A stretch of 64,000 nucleotides of DNA from an uncultured Acidobacteriota bacterium. Its GTDB lineage: Bacteria; Acidobacteriota; Thermoanaerobaculia; Gp7-AA8. The position numbers and the translations under genes are program-made. Shown here piece by piece: positions 28,485 to 36,820 of this stretch. A model generated the notes under the pieces. That model had not been told where the DNA came from and searched no databases. It saw only the letters and a program-made list of their open reading frames with translations. Location: contig CAWGHO010000002.1 in NCBI GenBank assembly GCA_963822445.1, positions 640,001 through 704,000 of the forward strand, written 5' to 3'. The stretch's first letter is position 1. Every line of letters begins with the position of its first letter.

Positions 28485-31400
28485 ATGAATACCATGCGTC
28501 GCGCCTTCCTGGTGCTGTCTGTCCTTTTTCCGTTGCTCGCGTTCGGCCAGGCCGACCAGGCGATCATTTCCGCGATCGATTCCCCTGACCCCGTCGTCCC
28601 GGGGCAGACGCTCACGTACACCATCACCTTCCAGAACAACGGCCCGAATCCGGCCGTGAACGGCGGGGTGAACATCCTCCTTGACGCCAACTTCACTCCG
28701 ACGTCAGCCACGCCGCCGGCCGGGTTCAGCTGCACTCCGCTGACTCAGATCATGAGCTGCACCAACCCCTCCTTTGCGGTCGGCGGGCCGGTCGTGCTGA
28801 CGATTTCCGGAACCGTGGCCGCGCACCTGAACAACTTCCCCGACGGCACGCTGACCTCGTCGTTCACGACGTCCGGCGTGACTCCCGATCCGGTTCCCGG
28901 CAACAACAGCTCCGGATCGATCACCACGGCGTACAACTCGCCCCAGATCGACCTGTCCGTGGCCGTCGTCGACAATCCCGACCCCGTTTTCCCCGACGGG
29001 GACATCACGTACACAGTCGACGTCACGAACGCCGGCCCGGACACGGCCACGAGCGTGAACTTCAACTCCTTCAACAACGGGACGCTGCGTTATCAGTCGA
29101 TCACCATCCCCGCCGGCTGGAGTTGCCCCAGCCAGCCGGCAGTGAACGGAAATCCGACCTTCACCTGCACGAATCCCAGCTTCGCACCCGGTACGTCGCA
29201 GTTCATCGTCGTCGTCAGCGCGGATGACGAGGTTCTCGGCATCAACGACGGCACGGTGCAGATCGTCTTCGGCGTGAACGGCACGGGCGACGATACGAAC
29301 GACAACAACAACCAGGAGACCGAGTCGACGCAGTACGTCACCCCCGACGCCGACGTGACCATCTCCGTGACCGACTCGCCCGATCCGGTCTTTCCGGACG
29401 GCAACATCACCTACACGGTGACGGTGGGCAACACCGGGCCGGACACGGCACCGAACATCAGCCTGAATTCTTTCGGCGGCAACAACCTTCGCTTCGTCTC
29501 GGGGAGTGTCCCCGCGGGCTGGAATTGCACGCTGCCGGCGGCGAATGCCCAGACGGCGGGTTGGAACTGCACCCTGCCCGCGGGACTGCCAATGAACGGC
29601 AGCTCCGTCCTTACCTTCGTCCTCCAGGCGACCGACGAGCTCCTCGGCATCAACGACGGAACGATCATGTTCGGGTTCAGCGCCAACAGCAGCGTCGCCG
29701 ATCCGGACAACACGGACAACTCGGAGACCGAGAGCACCGCGTACGTCACTCCCGACGCGGACATCGCCGTGACCGTGAGCGACTCGCCTGATCCGGTCTT
29801 CCCGGACGGCGACATCACCTACACCGTGACCGTGCAGAACCTCGGGCCGGATGCCGCGCCGAACGTGATCCTGAACGTGCCGATGAACAACACGCTCCGG
29901 TTCCAATCCACCACCGAACCTGCCGGTTGGGACTGCACGCCGCCCGCGGTCGGTGCCGGAACGAGCTGGAGCTGCACGATCGCCTCGCTGCCGGTGCAGC
30001 CGGCGTCGGTCTTCACGATCGTCCTGCGCGCGAACGACGAGCAGTTCGGCATCAACGACCAGACCATCAACCAGTTCTTCGGCGCGAACAGCAGCGTTTC
30101 GGATCCCAACAACGCCAACAACAGCGAGACCGAGTCGACCGCGTACATCACCCCTGATGCAAACGTCAGCATCAGCGCGAGCGACTCGCCCGATCCGGTG
30201 ACCAACGGCTCGAACCTCACCTACACGGTGGATGTGGCGAACGCAGGTCCCGACGCGGGTCCGAATGCCGTGGTCAACTTCTCCATTCATCCCAGCCTCA
30301 CTTACCAATCGGTGACAGCGCCGGCCGGCTGGAACTGCACCAACCCCGGCGTCGATGTCACGGGGCTCGTGCAGTGCACCAAGCCGTCGATCGCCAATGC
30401 CGAGACCGCGCAGTTCACGCTGGTGACGAAGGTCGTCGCGGCCGGCGCCGGTGGAACCCTCAACTCTGTCTTCTCGATCGGTACAGCCGCTCAGGATCCC
30501 TTGAACACCAACAACAGCGTCGAGGTCTTCACGACCTGGATCGGGCAGAGCTCCGATCTGTCGATCGACAAGAGCACGCTGTCCACCGCGGCCGCGCAGG
30601 GCAGCACGATCACCTACACGATCAACACCGTGAACAACGGTCCGAACCCGGCCGCGAACGCGACCGTCACCGACACGCTGCCGGCGCAGCTCCTCTTCCA
30701 GTCGATCACGCCACCCGTGGGCTGGAACTGCATCACGCCGGCCGTCGGCGCGAACGGCACGATCACCTGCACTCTGGCGTTGATGTCCGCTCCTTACAAC
30801 GGGCAATTCATCCTGGTCACGACCGTCGCGCCGAATGCGACGGGGACAATCTCGAACTCGGCCTCGATCGGCTCGCCGAACACGGATCCGAATCCCGGCA
30901 ACAGCAGCGGAGCATCCGGCGCGGTCATCGTGGCTGGTAACTCGGATCTCGGCGTGACGAAGACGACTGCCGCGACCACGGCCACGCCGGGCAACGCCAT
31001 CACTTACACGATCACCGTCACCAACAACGGTCCCGACCCGGCGGCGAGCCCGGTCATGACGGACATCCTGCCAGCAACGTTGCTCTTCCAGTCGATCGCG
31101 GCGCCCGCGGGCTGGAACTGCACCACGCCGGCCGTCGGCGCGACCGGCACGATCACCTGCACCGCTGCCACCCTGGCCAGCAGCAGCAACGCGGTCTTCA
31201 CCCTGACCGCGACCGTCGCCCCGAGCGCGACCGGCACGATCACGAATACGGCATCGGCGAGTCACTCCGGCACGGATGGCAACGGCGGGAACAACGCGGG
31301 CACGTCAGCGCCGGTCCCCGTCGACGCGGCGCCTGCCGCAAACCCGACCATCGACAAAACCACGACCGCGACGACGGTCACGGTCGGCACGGTCTTCAGT

Positions 31401-31796
31401 TACACGATCACCGTGGGAAATACCGGCCCGGCAACAGCGAACAATGTCGTGGTGACCGATGTGCTGCCGGCGGAACTGGAGCTCGTTTCGGCCACGCCGT
31501 CGCAGGGAAGCTGCTCCGGCACGACCACCGTGACGTGCAACCTCGGCTCGATCCCCGTCGAAGCCAACGCGACCATCACGCTTCAGGTGCGCGCGATCGC
31601 GGCAGGTGGATCGATCGTCAACAGCGCGTCCGTCGCCGGATCGAACGGCGGCGGCACGGACGTCGCCAGCGCGCCGGCCGTCATCGCGGTCGGAGGACCG
31701 GCCAGCGAGGCCGACATTCCGACGCTCTCCGAGTGGATGCTCCTCGCGTTGATGGCGATGCTGGGACTGGTCGCAGTGGTCAGGATGCGGACGTAA
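28485..31796 (+). CDS. DUF11-repeat surface protein with an IPTL-CTERM sorting signal
   Basis: About 8 repeats of DSPDPV..G..ITYT.TV.N.GP; C-terminal IPTLSEWMLLALMAMLGLVAVVRMR; signal peptide begins MNTMRRAF. Confidence 0.9.
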   Translation: MNTMRRAFLVLSVLFPLLAFGQADQAIISAIDSPDPVVPGQTLTYTITFQNNGPNPAVNGGVNILLDANFTPTSATPPAGFSCTPLTQIMSCTNPSFAVGGPVVLTISGTVAAHLNNFPDGTLTSSFTTSGVTPDPVPGNNSSGSITTAYNSPQIDLSVAVVDNPDPVFPDGDITYTVDVTNAGPDTATSVNFNSFNNGTLRYQSITIPAGWSCPSQPAVNGNPTFTCTNPSFAPGTSQFIVVVSADDEVLGINDGTVQIVFGVNGTGDDTNDNNNQETESTQYVTPDADVTISVTDSPDPVFPDGNITYTVTVGNTGPDTAPNISLNSFGGNNLRFVSGSVPAGWNCTLPAANAQTAGWNCTLPAGLPMNGSSVLTFVLQATDELLGINDGTIMFGFSANSSVADPDNTDNSETESTAYVTPDADIAVTVSDSPDPVFPDGDITYTVTVQNLGPDAAPNVILNVPMNNTLRFQSTTEPAGWDCTPPAVGAGTSWSCTIASLPVQPASVFTIVLRANDEQFGINDQTINQFFGANSSVSDPNNANNSETESTAYITPDANVSISASDSPDPVTNGSNLTYTVDVANAGPDAGPNAVVNFSIHPSLTYQSVTAPAGWNCTNPGVDVTGLVQCTKPSIANAETAQFTLVTKVVAAGAGGTLNSVFSIGTAAQDPLNTNNSVEVFTTWIGQSSDLSIDKSTLSTAAAQGSTITYTINTVNNGPNPAANATVTDTLPAQLLFQSITPPVGWNCITPAVGANGTITCTLALMSAPYNGQFILVTTVAPNATGTISNSASIGSPNTDPNPGNSSGASGAVIVAGNSDLGVTKTTAATTATPGNAITYTITVTNNGPDPAASPVMTDILPATLLFQSIAAPAGWNCTTPAVGATGTITCTAATLASSSNAVFTLTATVAPSATGTITNTASASHSGTDGNGGNNAGTSAPVPVDAAPAANPTIDKTTTATTVTVGTVFSYTITVGNTGPATANNVVVTDVLPAELELVSATPSQGSCSGTTTVTCNLGSIPVEANATITLQVRAIAAGGSIVNSASVAGSNGGGTDVASAPAVIAVGGPASEADIPTLSEWMLLALMAMLGLVAVVRMRT

Positions 31797-32955
31797 CGAC
31801 GTCGACGATCGCGGCAATGGCGCGATCGAGGTGTTCGCGGGTGTGGGCTGCGCTGATCTGACAGCGCAGCCTCGCCTGCCCCTGCGGTACGACCGGGAAG
31901 CCGAAGCCGGAGACGTAGACCCCGCGGCGCAGAAGCTCCTGGGACATGGAAATGGCCTTCGCTGTATCGCCGATGAGGATCGGCACGATGGGATGAATAC
32001 CCTCTCGGACTTTGACGCCCTTCGCGGTCAGTTGCGCGCGGAAATAAGCCGTGTTCTCGCGGAGCCGGTCGACGAAGCTGCTGTCTTTCTCGACGAGATC
32101 GAGCGCGGCGATGGATCCCATGACCACCGCGGGCGGCAGCGTGTTGGAGAACAGGTACGGCCGCGATTTCTGGCGGAGGTAGTCGACGAGGGTTTTCGGG
32201 CCGGTGGTGAAGCCGCCGTGCGATCCGCCCAGGGCCTTGCCGAGGGTGGAGGTGTATGCGTCGATTTTGCCGAATACGCCAAGCTCCTCCGCCGTCCCGC
32301 GGCCGGTGTGTCCGAGAACGCCCGTGCCGTGGGATTCGTCGACGACGAGAAACGCGCCGTACTCGCGGCTGATCTCGATCATCTCGGGTAGCGGCGCGAG
32401 CGAGCCTTCCATCGAGAAGACGCCGTCGGTCATGACGACTTTGTTCCGCGATTCTTTCGTGGCCTCGAGCGCGCGTCGTAGGTCGCCCATGTCCCGATTC
32501 CTGAAGCGCTCCTTCTTTGCCTTGGCCAGGCGCACGCCATCGATGATCGAGGCGTGATTGAGCTCGTCGGAGATGATCGCGTCCTGCTCCTGGGCGATGG
32601 TCTGGAACAGCCCCTCATTCGCATTCCAGCACGAGCCGTAAAGGATGGTGTCCTCGGTCCCGAAGAACGCGGCGATCCGCTCCTCGAGCTGGCGGTGAAT
32701 GGTCTGCGTGCCGCAGATGAAGCGCACCGACGCGAGGCCGTAGCCGTAATCACGCTCGGCCTTTTCCGCGGCATGAACGATGGCCGGGTGATTGGCGAGG
32801 CCGAGGTAGTTGTTCGAGGTGAGCATGATCACCTCGCCGAGCCCCTCCACCTCGACGACGGCGCCCTGCGGCCCTTTCAGCGCGAGCTCGCGCTTCATGG
32901 TGCCGGCGGCGGTCATCTGATCGAGTTCGGAGGAGAGAGTAGACAGAAGGCTCAT
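31780..32955 (-). CDS. kbl: Glycine C-acetyltransferase (2-amino-3-ketobutyrate CoA ligase)
   Basis: SNNYLGLA, SVRFICGT, DELNHASIIDG, DGVFSMEG, TLGKALGG and RPYLFSN motifs. Confidence 0.93.
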   Translation of the reverse strand: MSLLSTLSSELDQMTAAGTMKRELALKGPQGAVVEVEGLGEVIMLTSNNYLGLANHPAIVHAAEKAERDYGYGLASVRFICGTQTIHRQLEERIAAFFGTEDTILYGSCWNANEGLFQTIAQEQDAIISDELNHASIIDGVRLAKAKKERFRNRDMGDLRRALEATKESRNKVVMTDGVFSMEGSLAPLPEMIEISREYGAFLVVDESHGTGVLGHTGRGTAEELGVFGKIDAYTSTLGKALGGSHGGFTTGPKTLVDYLRQKSRPYLFSNTLPPAVVMGSIAALDLVEKDSSFVDRLRENTAYFRAQLTAKGVKVREGIHPIVPILIGDTAKAISMSQELLRRGVYVSGFGFPVVPQGQARLRCQISAAHTREHLDRAIAAIVDVVTSAS

Positions 32956-33026
32956 AGGCGCAAAGGCTCAAAGGCGCAAAGTGGAGTGACTCTTTGAGCC
33001 TTTGAGCCCTTGAGCCGTTGCGCCTT
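32947..33026. repeat. Inverted tandem-octamer hairpin, unit AAGGCKCA
   Basis: AAGGCTCA TAGGCGCA AAGGCTCA AAGGCGCA AAG, 10-nt spacer, CTTTGAGC CTTTGAGC CCTTGAGC CGTTGCGC CTT. Confidence 0.88.
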
Positions 33027-33652
33027 CATTCGTTGTCGTACTTCAACTCCCGCCTGAAACACATCTGCGCGTCCATGTCGAAGACCACGCAGGAGTCGAT
33101 GGGGCGGGAGTAGACGTGCATGGAGAGGGCGCGCTCGTTCCAGTCGGCGAGGTTGCGGATGCGGTGGATGGTCTGGGTTTTGTCGACTGTATTGAGCGGG
33201 CCGCCGGGGATGGCCATTTCGTTGCCGAGGTGCTGCATCTCGATCTTCGTGGCGCCGGCCAGACAGTCCATGCCCACGACCTGCTGGTTCTCGGGGCGGT
33301 TGCAGTCGATCTTCTTGTAGTTCTCGACCAGCAGCTTGCCCTCGATCATGGTCATCCAGCCGAGCTGCCCGTTGTGAGTGTGCAGCGGCGTCACGGCGCC
33401 GATCGGCCAGCAGATCAGCATCACCTCGATCATGTCGTTGCGAAAGATCTTGTTGCGGGTGTGCCGGTCCGGCTGCCAGTCCTGGTACCGCAGCAGATCC
33501 TCGGCCTTGATCTCGTAGGCGACCAGATAGTCGTAGATCTTCTGCTTGGTGATGATGCCTTCGGAAAGGCGCCGGATCCCGTCGACGAACTGCTCGGCCG
33601 GGACCGCCGCCGGCGAGTAAATCGGCGCGGGGACGACTGTCATATTTTGCAT
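33026..33652 (-). CDS. Cysteine dioxygenase-family cupin
   Basis: TRNKI..EVMLICW..G..TPLHTH, IHRI and SMHVYS motifs (3-His facial triad plus the S-x-H-x-Y motif). Confidence 0.85.
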   Translation of the reverse strand: MQNMTVVPAPIYSPAAVPAEQFVDGIRRLSEGIITKQKIYDYLVAYEIKAEDLLRYQDWQPDRHTRNKIFRNDMIEVMLICWPIGAVTPLHTHNGQLGWMTMIEGKLLVENYKKIDCNRPENQQVVGMDCLAGATKIEMQHLGNEMAIPGGPLNTVDKTQTIHRIRNLADWNERALSMHVYSRPIDSCVVFDMDAQMCFRRELKYDNE

Positions 33653-33703
33653 CTCGCTTTTCCCCTCCCGAAGATGCCGAGAATATAGAGCAAATCCTGA
33701 TCC

Positions 33704-33794
33704 GGTTGCGGGGTTACGAGGTTTCGGGGTTACGAGGTCCCGCCTCCCAGCCCGGCGACCCCGAAACCTCGTAACCCCGTAACCCCGTAACCCC
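33704..33794. repeat. Inverted tandem-octamer hairpin, unit GGTTACGR
   Basis: GGTTGCGG GGTTACGA GGTTTCGG GGTTACGA ... CCCCGAAA CCTCGTAA CCCCGTAA CCCCGTAA CCCC. Confidence 0.9.
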
Positions 33795-33819
33795 GTTCTC
33801 GTGCTACCCTCCGCCCGCT

Positions 33820-35109
33820 TTGGCAGCCGCGGTGAAAAACGTAGCGGTCATCGGCGCGCAGTGGGGCGACGAAGGCAAGGGGAAGATCGTCGATCTTCTC
33901 TGCGAGGATTTCGACGTCGTGGCCCGTTATCAGGGCGGGCACAACGCCGGTCATACCGTCAAATTCGAGGACAAGCACTTCGCCCTCAGGCTGATGCCGT
34001 CCGGCATCGTCCATCCCGGCAAGCTCTGCCTTCTCGGCAACGGCATGGTCATCGATCCCGAGGCCCTGCTCGAGGAGATGACCAACCTCCGGGCGGCCGG
34101 AGTCACGATCGAGGAGAACCTCCTCATCAGCGACTCCGCCCACTGCATCCTCCCGTACCACAAGGCCCTCGACCTCGCTCGCGAGGAGTCCGCCGGCGTG
34201 GCCAAGATCGGCACGACCGGACGGGGAATCGGCCCGGCCTACGAATCGAAAGTCGGCCGCTACGGCATCCGCATCGCCGACCTCCTCGATCCCGAGGTGC
34301 TGCGGCAGAAGATCGAGTTCACCTGCGCCGAGCGCAACGCCGTTCTCGGCAGCGTCTACGGCAAGGAAACGTTCGACGCCAAGAAGCTCTACGACGATTA
34401 CCTGCGCTACGGCGAGATCCTCGAGTCGCGTATCACCAACGGCACGGTCTGGATCAACGAGCAGATCCGCGCGGGCAGGACGATCATGTTCGAAGGCGCG
34501 CAGGGAACGATGCTCGACATCGACCATGGCACCTACCCGTTCGTGACCTCCTCGAACACCGTCGTCGGCGGCGTCTGCACCGGCCTCGGCGTCGCCCCGA
34601 AGCACATCCACAAAGTCATCGGCGTGGCCAAGGCCTACACGACGCGGGTGGGCGGCGGCGCGTTCCCGACCGAGCTCGAGAACCAGCACGGCGAGCATCT
34701 CCGCAAGCGCGGCAACGAGTTCGGCACGGTCACAGGCCGTCCGCGGCGCACGGGCTGGCTTGATCTCGCCGTCCTGCGCACCGCCGCAACGCTCAACGGA
34801 CTCGATGAGATCGCGCTGACCAAGCTGGACGTGCTCGACGAGTTCGACGAGATCCCGATCTGCACCGCGTACAAGGTCCGCGGCAAGACCTGGAACACCT
34901 TCCCCGCGTTCGCTGTGGCGCACGACGACTACCAGCCGGAGTACCGCACGTTCAAAGGATGGAAGTCTTCGACTGCGGGAGTGACGTCGTTCGACGATCT
35001 GCCGCAGGAAGCGAAGGATTACGTTCGCTTCATCGAAGATGAGACGGAGACGCGGGCGGCAATCGTCTCGACGGGGCCGCGGCGCGAAGAAACGATTCTG
35101 CGAGGCTAA
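33820..35109 (+). CDS. purA: Adenylosuccinate synthetase
   Basis: GAQWGDEGKGK, GGHNAGHT, IGTTGRGIGPAY, EGAQG and EFGTVTGRPRR motifs. Confidence 0.98.
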   Translation: MAAAVKNVAVIGAQWGDEGKGKIVDLLCEDFDVVARYQGGHNAGHTVKFEDKHFALRLMPSGIVHPGKLCLLGNGMVIDPEALLEEMTNLRAAGVTIEENLLISDSAHCILPYHKALDLAREESAGVAKIGTTGRGIGPAYESKVGRYGIRIADLLDPEVLRQKIEFTCAERNAVLGSVYGKETFDAKKLYDDYLRYGEILESRITNGTVWINEQIRAGRTIMFEGAQGTMLDIDHGTYPFVTSSNTVVGGVCTGLGVAPKHIHKVIGVAKAYTTRVGGGAFPTELENQHGEHLRKRGNEFGTVTGRPRRTGWLDLAVLRTAATLNGLDEIALTKLDVLDEFDEIPICTAYKVRGKTWNTFPAFAVAHDDYQPEYRTFKGWKSSTAGVTSFDDLPQEAKDYVRFIEDETETRAAIVSTGPRREETILRG

Positions 35110-35315
35110 AGGGAACGACCGGGGCGCCTCCGGCGGGCGGCCACGGGCCGCGGCGTTAGTGTTGGCGTGAACGCGGTTCGCGCAACCGACGCGATTTTGC
35201 CAGAAGGCACAACCAACGCAGCGGCCCGTGGCCGCCCGCCTATAGCTTGTCCGGCCGTCTCTCCGCTTCTCCCTCAGCCCTCAGAGAAGTACCCGTTGGG
35301 TGGCAATCGGGAGAA

Positions 35316-35500
35316 TCGGGTTCAGGCGGCGCGATACTGAGAAGAAGGGTTCGTCCCGCTACGAATTCCGCCCGTGTTCGGATCGACGAATCCCTCCGGA
35401 CTTTCGAGCGGGACGAAGTGCTTTGGCCCGAAACGCATTCTCAGATGCTGTCGGAGCACGACTCGACTATAGGCCTTGCGCGCGGCCAAAGCCAACCCGA
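35316..35500 (+). ncRNA. IS110 bridge RNA (target-binding and donor-binding loops; exact 5'/3' ends unknown)
   Basis: Stem 35350-35365/35403-35417 encloses LTG CCGCCCGT (35368-75) and RTG CCTCCGGAC (35393-401). Stem 35420-35428/35484-35492 encloses LDG CTCAGATGC (35440-48) and RDG CTATAGGC (35467-74). Possible outer stem 35316-22/35494-500. Confidence 0.85.
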
Positions 35501-35512
35501 AGGGAGGGTGTG

Positions 35513-36757
35513 ATGAGCGAGTTCGAGTTTGGGGCGTTGGTGGGACTGGATTGGGGTGACACATCGCACGAGGTGGCTCTTTGGGACGAGCAGCAGCAGA
35601 CGTGCACGAACGAGCGCATCGAGCACACGCCTGCGGCTCTGCGCGCATGGATCGAAGCGCTGCAGGCGCGCTTCGGCGGGGCACCGATCGCCGTGGCCAT
35701 CGAGCAGTCCCGCGGCGCGGTCTTCGACGCGCTCAGCGGCTATCCGTTCGTCACGTTGTATCCGATCAACCCACGCAGTGCAGCCCGGTATCGTGAGGCG
35801 TTTCATCCGAGCCTTTCGAAAGACGATCCGACCGACGCGGCGTCCTTGCTCGACCTGCTCCGTAAGCACCGCAACGAGCTGCGCCCGTTCATCGCCGACG
35901 ACGCTTCTACGCGGCTGCTGCGGCTTCTGACCGAGGATCGGCGGGAGCTCGTCGATCAGAGGACGCAACACGTCCAACGCATGACCGATCGGCTCAAGAC
36001 GTACTACCCGCAGGCGCTCCGGTGGGCCGGCGCGTTGATTACGGCCCAGGCCTGTGACTTCCTCGAACGCTGGCCGACGCTCGAGGCCATCCAAAGGGCT
36101 CGGCCGTCCGCGATACGGAGGTTCTATGCGGGTCATCATCACGCGGCCGCGTGGATCGACCAGAGGCTCGCCGAGATCCGTTCAGAGGTCGCGTTCCACG
36201 ACGACCAGGTCACCACTGACGCTGCCGTGCTGCTGATCGGAAGCGAGGTTGCGCAGATCCGGGCCCTCAACACGAGCATCGCCACGTACGACCAGAAGAT
36301 CTCGGCGGCGTTCGCCGCCCACCAGGACGCGTCGATCTTCGCGAGCTTCCCTGGCGCCGGCCAACAGCTCGCGCCGCGGCTCGCCGCCGCCTTCGGGACC
36401 GATCGCAAGCGCTTCGGCAGCGCCGTCAACGTCGCCACCCGAAGCGGCATCGCCCCGGTTCTCCGCCGGAGCGGCAAAACGGCGGTCGTGCACATGCGCT
36501 GGGCCTGTCCGAAGTTCCTGCGTCAGACGTTCCATGAGTACGCCCGCGTGTCGATCGGTCAGTCCGAATGGGCTCGAGCCTTCTACAAGCAGCAACGCGC
36601 GCGCGGACACAGCCACCACGAGGCTATCCGCACGCTCGCTTACCGCTGGATCCGCGTCCTTTACGCCTGCTGGAACAATCGCACCGTCTACGACGAAGCT
36701 CTCTATCTGCGGCAGCTCGCCACCCGAGGCTCAACCCTCGCCACAGCTGCTCCCTGA
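35513..36757 (+). CDS. IS110-family transposase/recombinase (414 aa)
   Basis: RuvC-like DEDD residues VGLDW, VAIEQ and KDDPTDA; C-terminal FPGAG and SGIAPVLRRSGK with the catalytic Ser; RBS GGGAGG before ATG 35513. Confidence 0.95.
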   Translation: MSEFEFGALVGLDWGDTSHEVALWDEQQQTCTNERIEHTPAALRAWIEALQARFGGAPIAVAIEQSRGAVFDALSGYPFVTLYPINPRSAARYREAFHPSLSKDDPTDAASLLDLLRKHRNELRPFIADDASTRLLRLLTEDRRELVDQRTQHVQRMTDRLKTYYPQALRWAGALITAQACDFLERWPTLEAIQRARPSAIRRFYAGHHHAAAWIDQRLAEIRSEVAFHDDQVTTDAAVLLIGSEVAQIRALNTSIATYDQKISAAFAAHQDASIFASFPGAGQQLAPRLAAAFGTDRKRFGSAVNVATRSGIAPVLRRSGKTAVVHMRWACPKFLRQTFHEYARVSIGQSEWARAFYKQQRARGHSHHEAIRTLAYRWIRVLYACWNNRTVYDEALYLRQLATRGSTLATAAP

Positions 36758-36758
36758 C

Positions 36759-36764
36759 TTGACA
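36759..36764 (+). promoter_or_regulatory. Outward-facing -35 box (TTGACA) in the IS right end; forms a junction promoter on circularisation
   Basis: The circle junction reads TTGACA-GGAAGGCTCAGATGCC (16 nt)-TATAGC, or 18 nt to TAGCTT, upstream of the bridge RNA. Confidence 0.7.
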
Positions 36765-36820
36765 GGAAGGCTCAGATGTCCGGAGGCCCCTCGTCGTTCC
36801 CTTATGCGTCCCGCGAGAAT

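Larger units (their letters stand above)
35239..36778 (+). mobile_element. IS110-family insertion sequence (long left non-coding end, 21-bp right end, no terminal inverted repeats)
   Basis: Removing 35239-36778 restores the interrupted inverted repeat; only a single G (35238/36778) is shared at the two junctions. Encodes a DEDD recombinase, and the bridge RNA guides match both junctions. Confidence 0.9.
35109..36803. repeat. REP-like inverted repeat (about 49-bp arms) whose right arm is split by the IS110
   Basis: Left arm AAGGGAACGACCGGGGCGCCTCCGGCGGGCGGCCACGGGCCGCGGCGTT (35109-35157). The right arm is rebuilt by joining 35215-35238 to 36779-36803 (AACGCAGCGGCCCGTGGCCGCCCG + TCCGGAGGCCCCTCGTCGTTCCCTT). 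Confidence 0.85.

Noticed and set aside
28950-30200. DUF11 and HYR internal repeats as a CRISPR array or DGR template/variable repeats
   Set aside because: They are in-frame protein domain repeats with mostly synonymous or scattered differences. There is no repeat-spacer periodicity, no adenine-specific pattern noticed, and no cas or RT gene in the window.
35300-35512. 71-aa N-terminal extension of the transposase given in the ORF track
   Set aside because: This region is the structured bridge RNA. The RBS and the DEDD domain start indicate ATG 35513.
35280-36776. CTCAGA (35280-85 / 36771-76) or TGTCCGG (35248-54 / 36777-83) as IS target-site duplications
   Set aside because: Neither restores the interrupted inverted repeat or matches all four guides; the 35238/36778 boundary does both.
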